Below, in pieces: positions 55,500-63,453 of a DNA stretch of 64,000 nt (position 1 is the first letter of the stretch; each line of letters starts with the position of its first letter). Under the pieces are notes generated by a model, which searched no databases, had not been told where the DNA came from, and saw nothing but the letters and a program-made list of their open reading frames with translations. The position numbers were made by a program, and so were the translations under genes. The DNA comes from Archaeoglobus sp. JdFR-37 (lineage in GTDB: Archaea; Halobacteriota; Archaeoglobi; Archaeoglobales; Archaeoglobaceae): assembly GCA_002010215.1 (NCBI GenBank), contig MTMY01000002.1:9728-73727 (forward strand). Direction: 5' to 3'.

Positions 55500-56537
55500 T
55501 CACTGATCCCTTATTCTCTTTTCCAGAATTTTCACTCCCAGCAGAAGAGAGGCTGCAGAAACTGCTGCATACAAGGATATCTCAACGGGCAGGAAATAAG
55601 ATCCCGCTGAGACTCTTGCAATTAAACCGGAGGGCATGAAGGGGGAGATGTAGAAGAGGGGTAGCAGCGAGACTATTGTTAAGGAGAAGATCAATTGTGC
55701 CCTCTCCCTATCTCCACTGAGACTGGAGAAGCAGGCTACTGCTACAAAGAGGGAGGAAATTGAGAGGGTTATCACCAGCACCAATATAGGTCTGGCGATG
55801 TCTATGCCATTTATCATCAGCAGAAGAATCCATACGGGTGTCAGAAGAGCTGATAAAGAGAGAGCCGCCGCAACCTTCCCCATCACAATTTCCCATGCCC
55901 TCAACGGTGTTGAGAGTAGAACATGAGCGGTCTTGCTTTCCACCTCTTCACTGATGAGGTCTATGAAGAGTCCGCCTGCACTAAGAGCTGTGGTAATGAC
56001 AAGGAGAGGAATCAAAACCATGTATATGAATTTGAAGGATGCAGATATTCCGTTAGGCTCTTCTACCTCCTTCATTTCTGGAGAGAAAACCTTAATTGGG
56101 ATTTTCCCTGGAATTCCGTTCATGCTTCTGAGTTTTGCCTCATACTCCATCAATTTCTCCCTCAAATACGAGGTTGCTACTATCGCCACAACTTCCTCCT
56201 TAGGGAGGTAAACCGTTACGAAGTTCTCGGAACTGTTTTCCTCAGGCAGCAAAACTATTGCATCTATTCTTCCTGCATAAAAATCCTCAAAAGCTTCATC
56301 CAGGCTACCATATTTCTTCTCAGGCTTCAAAACACTTGCTAGGACGGGGGCATCTCCCACCAGTCCAACCTTCGCCTGATTTGCTGCCAGGAAGGTGGGA
56401 TTATACAGCACCAGCATTCCAATGGTTATTATGGATGCAAGCCCAGCAACAAATAGTTGGAGGAGTACTATGCTCACGAATGTCTTTTCTTTCAGGGCTG
56501 ATCTGATGTCCTTTACCATCACGTTAAGCCAAGACAA
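55500..56537 (-). CDS. ABC-2 type transporter permease
   Basis: N-terminal TM helix, a large extracytoplasmic loop, then 5 TM helices. Overlaps the upstream permease-like gene by 14 nt. Confidence 0.6.
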   Translation of the reverse strand: MSWLNVMVKDIRSALKEKTFVSIVLLQLFVAGLASIITIGMLVLYNPTFLAANQAKVGLVGDAPVLASVLKPEKKYGSLDEAFEDFYAGRIDAIVLLPEENSSENFVTVYLPKEEVVAIVATSYLREKLMEYEAKLRSMNGIPGKIPIKVFSPEMKEVEEPNGISASFKFIYMVLIPLLVITTALSAGGLFIDLISEEVESKTAHVLLSTPLRAWEIVMGKVAAALSLSALLTPVWILLLMINGIDIARPILVLVITLSISSLFVAVACFSSLSGDRERAQLIFSLTIVSLLPLFYISPFMPSGLIARVSAGSYFLPVEISLYAAVSAASLLLGVKILEKRIRDQ

Positions 56538-58221
56538 AAGTCACCACCCCGAGGTTGTAGGCGAAATGTAGTAGGGTTGCAGCCACGTAGGCCAGCCAGT
56601 ACCCCTTTGGATTCAGGCGAATCAGGTAGCTGAAAAGCAAAAGGGTAGAAACGTGGAGGGCAAGGGGTAACACCAGCATTCCAGCCATCATAGCGTTGCT
56701 GAAGATACCAGCATCAACAACCACCAGCAATTTCTCAAAAATCAGGAAAGTTATGCCTCCAACAACCCCTGCTTTCCACCATTCCAGTCCATTCCTGATG
56801 GCTGAGTGCAGAGCTACAGTCTTGAAGAACTCCTCTACTGCGGCGATGGTCATGAGGAAGAATGGGATGGAGACGTGAAGCGGAAAGGCAAAGAGGGTGG
56901 TTGCGAGCATGAACTCTACCATGAAAATAGGTGCTATTGACAGCCCCATGTAAGCTATGAGCGAAGGGTATCCCGTCACTACCCGCCTGCACGCCTCCAG
57001 AAACCTCTCTACAATTCCACCCTGATACTCAAGAAATTCAGCATCCAAAGCTCTTACACATATCAGGCTGATAAAGATGAATGCAGCAAAAAACTGGAGG
57101 GTGGAGACGAAGTATTCTCTGAGAGTCACCGTTTCTCCTTCGAGGTTTGAAAGGAGGAGAGTTATGGGAGAGACTTTACTGAAGGGCACCGTTCCTGCAA
57201 ATATAGCAGGGATGAACAGGTATCCAGTTATCACAAGAGACGATACCAAGATTAGGAACGTCATCTCCTTATAGCTTCTTGAAAGCAGGGCAAACAGCGT
57301 CTGGATGGAGAATAAAAATAGAAGTGGAGGAAGAATGTAGAGTGCTGAACTAGGATTTGCCAGAAGGATTGATGAAAAGAGGACGAGAGAAGTGGATAGC
57401 AAAAAATAGGGCAGCATTTTACCCAGCAGTATGTCTCGGGGAGAAAGAGGCGTTGAAAGAAGAGACACAAGCCTCCCGCTGAACCTGTCTTCTATAAATG
57501 AGGAGGAATAAACTTGAATAGCGAAATATGACGGGAGGATCAGGAGAAATGCATAAATCATCTTTCCCATGAGGCTCGGTGGCGAAAAAGTCGATGGGGT
57601 CGTGTATCCTTTCTCACCAAAGATGAGCTTTCCAACATCAAAGGTTCTCTTTTCTCCTCCCGATGGAATTTTAGGCTCCGGGGTGTGCTCAGGTATTCCG
57701 CTTTTCTCCTTGGGTTTTCCAACTTCAGTTTCACCTCTCTCAACAGCCTTTCTGACCTCCTCAAGGTTGACGGTGCCAGAAGGGGTTGCGATGTGCCCAC
57801 GATCCACGTAAACAGCCCTAACAAAAACAGGATACGCTTTCTTTCCATACCTCTGATACAGAAACTCCTCAAAATCTGATCTTATAGCCTTAATCAATTC
57901 CTCAGTTGCTGCAAGAGACTTTTTGCTGCCAGAGGTGATTACGTAAAGAGTGCCATCAAAACCCAAGTAAACATCTGCATACTCTTTTTTCACCGTTTCT
58001 CTCCCTTCTGGTGGTTCAGCATGGAAAGTTATGAATCTCGAATCCTTCAACTCTATTTGAGTGGCTGCGGTGTACATCATGTAATCGGATTTAAAGCCTG
58101 AAAACGACATGATGGCTGAAAGGGCAGCGAATGTTATCAGGAGGAGGAGCAGGAAGGTGAACCTCTTTCCGTACTTCTTTCTTGATTTCTTTATCTCCAG
58201 AAGGGTTACTTTTAGCATCAA
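56524..58221 (-). CDS. Fusion membrane protein: ABC-2 permease-like N-terminal half plus CPBP (CAAX/Abi) intramembrane protease-like C-terminal half
   Basis: ABC-2 pattern LLSTPLSPRDILLGKMLPY. C-terminal AAVEEFFKT (EExxxR-like) and HFAYN (HxxxN) motifs. Confidence 0.5.
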   Translation of the reverse strand: MMLKVTLLEIKKSRKKYGKRFTFLLLLLITFAALSAIMSFSGFKSDYMMYTAATQIELKDSRFITFHAEPPEGRETVKKEYADVYLGFDGTLYVITSGSKKSLAATEELIKAIRSDFEEFLYQRYGKKAYPVFVRAVYVDRGHIATPSGTVNLEEVRKAVERGETEVGKPKEKSGIPEHTPEPKIPSGGEKRTFDVGKLIFGEKGYTTPSTFSPPSLMGKMIYAFLLILPSYFAIQVYSSSFIEDRFSGRLVSLLSTPLSPRDILLGKMLPYFLLSTSLVLFSSILLANPSSALYILPPLLFLFSIQTLFALLSRSYKEMTFLILVSSLVITGYLFIPAIFAGTVPFSKVSPITLLLSNLEGETVTLREYFVSTLQFFAAFIFISLICVRALDAEFLEYQGGIVERFLEACRRVVTGYPSLIAYMGLSIAPIFMVEFMLATTLFAFPLHVSIPFFLMTIAAVEEFFKTVALHSAIRNGLEWWKAGVVGGITFLIFEKLLVVVDAGIFSNAMMAGMLVLPLALHVSTLLLFSYLIRLNPKGYWLAYVAATLLHFAYNLGVVTFVLA

Positions 58222-58267
58222 AATGTGGTCAAAACCACTAAATATATGTTTAACCGTTATTAATCTT

Positions 58268-59107
58268 GTGCTGAAAGTTGAGGGTTTGAGAAAGGTTTAT
58301 GGCGATATAATTGCCGTTGATTCCATCAGCTTTCACCTTGAGAAAGGAGAAATCCTCGGACTGATCGGTGAGAACGGAGCTGGCAAGTCCACAACTCTCA
58401 AAATGGTTTCGGGGCTTATAAAACCCGATGCCGGGAGAGTGGAGTTTTCTGGGAAAGAGCTGTTTTCCAATCTGAATGAAATAAAAATGAGAATAGGGTA
58501 CCTTCCCGAATTCGATGCCCTCTATGATGGGATGACCGCTAAAGAATACCTGATGTTCTTCTCTTCCCTCTATGGTGTAGAGGGCGCCCAAGCTGAAGAG
58601 AGAGCTGAAAAGCTTATGGAGATGCTCAAAATACCTTCCGATCGAAGACTCGGGGCTTTCTCCAAAGGCATGAAGAGAAAGGTATCCATCGCCAGAACTC
58701 TCATGCACGATCCAGAATATCTGATATACGATGAGCCTACCGGCGGGCTGGATCCGGGCACATCCCTTTTCATTGCCGAATTTCTTGGTGGGTTGAGAGA
58801 TGAGAAAAAATCAATCATTTTCTCCGCCCACAACATGTATTACGTGGAATCGGTCTGTGACAGGGTTGCAATAATGAAAAAGGGTAAGCTCATCTATTTC
58901 GGTGATATTGACGAGCTAATAAAAGCTGGCAGAAAATACGTGATCGTTTACTCTGAAAATGGCCGAGAGGAGAGGATGACCACTGAAAGTATTGATGAAC
59001 TTAATAGAATTTTGAGGGATGTAATTTCCTCTGGAGGGAAAATACTGAAAGTAGAGCCTGAAGTCATGAGACTGGAAGATGTGTACTTTTCTCTGGTTGG
59101 GAAATAA
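58268..59107 (+). CDS. ABC transporter ATP-binding protein (ABC-2 subfamily)
   Basis: GTG 58268 gives (M)LKVEGLRKVYG. Walker A GENGAGKST, signature FSKGMKRKV, Walker B LIYDEPTGGLD. The upstream part of the 332-aa ORF overlaps the divergent gene. Confidence 0.9.
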   Translation: MLKVEGLRKVYGDIIAVDSISFHLEKGEILGLIGENGAGKSTTLKMVSGLIKPDAGRVEFSGKELFSNLNEIKMRIGYLPEFDALYDGMTAKEYLMFFSSLYGVEGAQAEERAEKLMEMLKIPSDRRLGAFSKGMKRKVSIARTLMHDPEYLIYDEPTGGLDPGTSLFIAEFLGGLRDEKKSIIFSAHNMYYVESVCDRVAIMKKGKLIYFGDIDELIKAGRKYVIVYSENGREERMTTESIDELNRILRDVISSGGKILKVEPEVMRLEDVYFSLVGK

Positions 59108-59188
59108 GTGGAATATAAGTGGAATGACTGGGTAAAAGATATATTACATGTGATGTAAAACAATTCCAAAGGAGGTGATGGTGTGGCG

Positions 59189-59347
59189 ATGGATCCAGTA
59201 TGTGGGATGGAGGTGGACGAGAAAACTGCAAAGTTCAAAACTGAATATAAGGGGAAGACCTACTACTTCTGCGCCCCCGGCTGCAAGTTCATGTTTGAGA
59301 GAGATCCGGAAAAATATCTTAAAGAGGGTCCTGTGGGGATGGAGTGA
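59189..59347 (+). CDS. YHS/TRASH-domain small metal-binding protein (52 aa), absent from the ORF track
   Basis: My own translation: MDPVCGMEVDEKTAKFKTEYKGKTYYFCAPGCKFMFERDPEKYLKEGPVGME. GGAGGTGA RBS at 59171-59178; an alternative GTG start lies at 59183. Confidence 0.7.
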   Translation: MDPVCGMEVDEKTAKFKTEYKGKTYYFCAPGCKFMFERDPEKYLKEGPVGME

Positions 59348-59458
59348 CGTGAAGAGTTTGGTCAGTGACGGTCACTGGCAGTAGTTGATGCTAAGTGTTG
59401 CTAAGTGACATTAAATGCACTACCATAAAATGCAACATTGTTAAACATTACTTTTTCA

Positions 59459-59483
59459 CCCCCACCCCTTTATTTCCTGTGGA
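59459..59483 (-). promoter_or_regulatory. ORB-like origin recognition box (Orc1/Cdc6 binding-site consensus), left inverted copy
   Basis: The minus strand reads TCCACAGGAAATAAAGGGGTGGGGG, a 25/25 match to 63323-63347. Confidence 0.55.
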
Positions 59484-59515
59484 ACTATCTGTAGAGCTAC
59501 ATGGATTATGCGGGC

Positions 59516-60955
59516 CTACCCCAAAAACCCTCTTATTTTTCCTGCCCTCGTTACAGCTTCTCTAGGGTCTCCTCCCATAGAAAGAGCTTCAATAACATCT
59601 GAAGTTGCCCTCAAATGCTCTTCATCTGGCTTATAATCAAAGAACTCTAGAGCTCGATTTACATCGTCCTCTAGAGGGATGATTTTAAGGCTTTCAGGAT
59701 TGTAACAGGACAAGGCTTTTTCCATGACATCTTCAAAGCCTCCAAAGTGCTCCATGACCGCTTCCAGATCTTTATCTGTAAAACCAGAGAACCCTATGAG
59801 TTCTGGAGGAAATCCGATGGAGTAAAGAGTTGCACAGAAAGTTATGGCTCTAGGTAACTTAACACCATCACCTCTCGCATATCCAAACAGTCCGATATGG
59901 AGTTTTCTCATTCTTCTTCTTGGTATATAACGGCTGAAGGAGTTTACAAAGTTTGCAACAGCAGGTATTCTATCCCTATAGGACTTGCTCATTCTTTCAA
60001 TAATTTTGATTATGCTTTCATCGATGTGTTGCGGTCTGCCAAGCTTCCTATGCTTTATCCTATCAATTGCCTTTCTAACAATATCTGGAGGATAATCATA
60101 TTTAAAGGCTGACTGAACTGTGAAGGTTAAGACTGAAGTATATTCTTCAAGAACGCCCAGATTCTCAGGGGTAAGGAAGCCTCTGAAGGGTGTGGTTCCG
60201 ACACCTATTATTGGATGGACATCGAAATTATCAATTTCAGAGAGTTTTAGCAGTGCTATCTTCGCAGCAAGAGTTGCCGGGATGAATCCATAATTCAATG
60301 CTGGATCCGACCTAGCAAGAAAAACTCTTATCTCCTCGAATTTCTTGTCCCTCATATATTCCTCGAGGATTTTGTGACATTCCAGCATTACTGGTATATC
60401 CTCAAAAAGTGGAATTATGCTTATTTCCTCGGGTTTAAATTCCCCAAGCCAGTCTCTGATCCTAATTCCATCCCTTAAGTATAAGTCCCCTTTACCCGCT
60501 ACAAAATCCTTATAGTAATAAAAAATCCTGTTGAGTTCTTGGGAATTTGTAACCATTGGAACTATGACCTCAAAGATGGGGCATACTTCTTCTCCATAAA
60601 ACACCTCAGCGGCATCGTAACTTCTAGGTATTATTTCCAGAGTTTCAGGTAGCAGCTTTGCTTCAGTAGCCTCTACTGAAGGATTTGGGACCCTTAGTGT
60701 AATTCTAACATCCTGACCCAGTTTATGAGCTGAGAAAAAGTCGGGATAATATGTCAGCAATTTTTTGACTACAAACTCGTCTACTTCCTTACCCTCACAA
60801 TCCCACATCTGCTCATCACAGCCCAGATGGGAGAAAACGTAGTAAGCCTCCCTTATTTCATCCTCGCCATCAAAATACTCCCTGTTAACGAAGAAGGGCA
60901 TGGTAACATTATCAGGATGTTGCGTGCTCATAGCCCTTGGAATTTTCGGAATCAT
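59516..60955 (-). CDS. ppcA: Archaeal-type phosphoenolpyruvate carboxylase
   Basis: N-terminus MIPKIPRAMSTQHPDN is diagnostic of the archaeal PEPC family. About 480 aa. Confidence 0.85.
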   Translation of the reverse strand: MIPKIPRAMSTQHPDNVTMPFFVNREYFDGEDEIREAYYVFSHLGCDEQMWDCEGKEVDEFVVKKLLTYYPDFFSAHKLGQDVRITLRVPNPSVEATEAKLLPETLEIIPRSYDAAEVFYGEEVCPIFEVIVPMVTNSQELNRIFYYYKDFVAGKGDLYLRDGIRIRDWLGEFKPEEISIIPLFEDIPVMLECHKILEEYMRDKKFEEIRVFLARSDPALNYGFIPATLAAKIALLKLSEIDNFDVHPIIGVGTTPFRGFLTPENLGVLEEYTSVLTFTVQSAFKYDYPPDIVRKAIDRIKHRKLGRPQHIDESIIKIIERMSKSYRDRIPAVANFVNSFSRYIPRRRMRKLHIGLFGYARGDGVKLPRAITFCATLYSIGFPPELIGFSGFTDKDLEAVMEHFGGFEDVMEKALSCYNPESLKIIPLEDDVNRALEFFDYKPDEEHLRATSDVIEALSMGGDPREAVTRAGKIRGFLG

Positions 60956-61112
60956 TGTTGGTTTATTTTTTGTAGGACACAAAAGAGTTATTGTGGGATG
61001 TTAGTAAAGTGTACTAATAAGAACACATCGGAATGTATCTCTATATCGATATTTGTGTGGTTTGTTTGAAGATTACAATCTTGAGATTGATTTTGTGTAA
61101 TGTCATGAATTA

Positions 61113-61724
61113 CTACGAATAGAGAATTGTAGCGAATTCGTAAACCACAGCAGTAACCAATGGGACTGAGAAATTATCGTTTATGTAGTATTTTCCAATT
61201 TTAGTAAGCTTCGTTTCCACAATAACAGCAATAATGGTTGCTAGAAACGCAGCGGGGAGAGATATGTAAATGTATGCGCTGATAAATAAAATTACGAGTA
61301 GTGATGAGAGTAACATAGAAAGTGGTGCAATATTTTTCCAAATTTTTTTCACTATACCAGCAACTCCATCTCCAGCGGATCCACAAGCAATTGCTACAAA
61401 ACAAGCTTGAGGTGAGAATAGCAGAGTTACCGGTAGCATAGATATGCCAAAGTAAACATATGCCCCAACACCACCCCTTTCATAACCTCTCAGGATCCAC
61501 TTGGGGAAAATCTCAGTTTTTCTCCTTAAAATTTCCAGAAAAATAGCGATGAGAGTTAAAAAAGCCACGACAGTGAATGTGGTCCAGCGATCAGTAAAGA
61601 TGTAAAATGGAATATAAGCCAGTCCCGCTAAATGAATCCCCTTCCTTAGTAACTCTCCTTTTAGACTGTCTTTTATACTATCTGCGTTACTCAACAGCGA
61701 TTCTCTCCAGCTGACTAGAAACAT
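61113..61724 (-). CDS. Polyprenol/dolichol kinase family membrane protein (CTP-dependent, SEC59/VTE5-like)
   Basis: GELLRKGIHLAG motif and 6 TM helices. An alternative TTG start at 61694 overlaps the upstream stop. Confidence 0.6.
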   Translation of the reverse strand: MFLVSWRESLLSNADSIKDSLKGELLRKGIHLAGLAYIPFYIFTDRWTTFTVVAFLTLIAIFLEILRRKTEIFPKWILRGYERGGVGAYVYFGISMLPVTLLFSPQACFVAIACGSAGDGVAGIVKKIWKNIAPLSMLLSSLLVILFISAYIYISLPAAFLATIIAVIVETKLTKIGKYYINDNFSVPLVTAVVYEFATILYS

Positions 61725-61944
61725 TCCAGATTAAAGTTCTGACATGCATGGGTATGTTTGGATCCGATGATATTTCTTCGAGAATTGAAATGGCAGATGC
61801 CGCTCTTACAGCCAAGCTCTCCTCACCGTGGAGAAGGTTCTCTTTTATCTCACTTGCAGTCTTTCTTATGTTTCTGGGAACTGTATCATCATGGATTATT
61901 CTATCCAGAACCTCAAGAACACTCTCTGGCACCTTCTGCCCCAT
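61687..61944 (-). CDS. UPF0147 family protein
   Basis: 85-aa helical protein with the DDTVPRNIRKTASE ... DPNIPMHVRTLIW repeats typical of archaeal UPF0147. Confidence 0.7.
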   Translation of the reverse strand: MGQKVPESVLEVLDRIIHDDTVPRNIRKTASEIKENLLHGEESLAVRAASAISILEEISSDPNIPMHVRTLIWNVSSQLERIAVE

Positions 61945-61998
61945 GCAACCACCTCCTGAAAACTGAATGTTTTTATTTCTCTGTTGTGCAGTAAGGGT

Positions 61999-62346
61999 AT
62001 GGAGGATAAAAAAATTTCGGAAGCAGCAAAAGCACTCGTTCGCGGTGCAAAAATGTTATCACAACACTGTCCAGAGTGTAAACTTCCTCTTTTCCAAGAA
62101 GGTGAGAGAGTTTACTGCCCATCATGCGGCAGGGATGTGGTGATTGTATCCGACGCTGAGGATGTTTCTGACATTTCCAATAAAGTCGAAGTGCCTATGA
62201 CAATTTCAAAAAATGCTGAAAGAAATTTGGAGAGACTCATTGATGAATTATCAGCCAAGCTTCTAGAGTCGAGTTATAGTGAGATGAGAGAAATCCTCGA
62301 TATTATGCTCAAAACTGTAGAAATTCTTAATAAACTGAAGAAATAA
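61999..62346 (+). CDS. Zinc-ribbon protein of the Sjogren/scleroderma autoantigen p27-like (UPF0148) family
   Basis: GAKMLSQHCPECKLPLF...VYCPSCG pattern. ATG 61999. Confidence 0.7.
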   Translation: MEDKKISEAAKALVRGAKMLSQHCPECKLPLFQEGERVYCPSCGRDVVIVSDAEDVSDISNKVEVPMTISKNAERNLERLIDELSAKLLESSYSEMREILDIMLKTVEILNKLKK

Positions 62347-62580
62347 ATAAATTTTTCGAATCGTCTTTTAACCATAACTAACCTGAAATGATTAATACAA
62401 AAGATGCAGAATACTGGTTAATCAGCTTATATTCTAACTAATTAATCTTTTTGTTATTTTAATACTAATTATAATTTATAATAAAATAGTCTATAAAAAT
62501 TTGAAATCCGTACTATTTAGCTATTGAAGACTAAATAAAAAGAAGGAAAAGTTTAATAATTATAAAGGGATTTATCCAGT

Positions 62581-63336
62581 ATGGATATTGCCCTAATCGG
62601 GAAGATAACAGCCGTACTAGGGATGATTGCATCACTCTCTCTGCTTTATTTCTTGGGTACAATGAAAGACGAAGACTTCGATAAAATGATATGGTATTGG
62701 AACTCTTTAAACAAGCACTTTATCCTTTCAGCTATTGTCTTCATTATGATTTGTATTATGGAACTGCTAGAACTAATTTCAAACTTTACGGGTTTTAGGA
62801 TTGGTAACTTTAGAATAGCATATTATTCTATAATATCCTTTACTTTGTTTGTAATCATACTGAATATTGTGAAGATAATTACAAAAATTGAGGGATTAAT
62901 ATCAAATCTTGAAAGTTCTATGTTTTTTAGCAGATTTAGTATAATATTACTTTATATTATTGTCATCTTGATCTCTGTCGATCATGTCAAGGATATTTAT
63001 CCTATTTACTACTTTGCTGAAATCTTTTCCGAGGTAGTTTATGTTCTTTCAATCCCTATCATCATCCACATTGTTTTTAGATCAATCAAGTACGATAAAC
63101 TCATTAGGAATGGGATAATAGTTGTTCCACCACATATTCCAGCAAAGTTTCTTGGCGTCGCCACTTCATTTATTCTATTCTCTGCAGCTTTTATAATGCT
63201 CCTAGCCGGTAATGAGAAGTCCTATGATATTTTGGAGTTTGGTGCTCTAATTGCTTTTGTATTAGCGGGGGATTCTTACAGAAGGGATATGGATAAAGCT
63301 CTCAAGTTGGTGAGTTCAAATCTCCACAGGAAATAA
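62581..63336 (+). CDS. Orphan polytopic membrane protein in a markedly AT-rich segment
   Basis: A 251-aa open frame in AT-rich DNA is unlikely by chance. Ile/Leu/Phe-rich TM helices. The stop codon lies inside the right ORB-like box. Confidence 0.4.
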   Translation: MDIALIGKITAVLGMIASLSLLYFLGTMKDEDFDKMIWYWNSLNKHFILSAIVFIMICIMELLELISNFTGFRIGNFRIAYYSIISFTLFVIILNIVKIITKIEGLISNLESSMFFSRFSIILLYIIVILISVDHVKDIYPIYYFAEIFSEVVYVLSIPIIIHIVFRSIKYDKLIRNGIIVVPPHIPAKFLGVATSFILFSAAFIMLLAGNEKSYDILEFGALIAFVLAGDSYRRDMDKALKLVSSNLHRK

Positions 63337-63347
63337 AGGGGTGGGGG
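63323..63347 (+). promoter_or_regulatory. ORB-like origin recognition box (Orc1/Cdc6 binding-site consensus), right inverted copy
   Basis: TCCACAGGAAATAAAGGGGTGGGGG. With the 2 preceding nt it reads TCTCCACAGGAAATAAAGGGGT. Confidence 0.55.
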
Positions 63348-63453
63348 GCAGTGGGTATCAGGTGTTTCACTGTGTTATAGCTGAGTTAGAGATTAGTCAA
63401 TGTGCGGGGGTGGGTGTTATAAGTAAGTGGACAATCAGGTATGAAGACTTTAA

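Noticed and set aside
59175-59384. 69-aa ORF from the track (MMVWRWIQYVGW...).
   Set aside because: It is in the wrong frame. The same DNA encodes a convincing YHS-domain protein in another frame (59189-59347).
63314-63322. tRNA T-loop-like GTTCAAATC just upstream of the right ORB-like box. This could have been a tRNA fragment or att site.
   Set aside because: The flanking bases form only a 3-bp T-stem and there are no acceptor or anticodon arms. It lies inside the coding region, and the left repeat copy lacks it.
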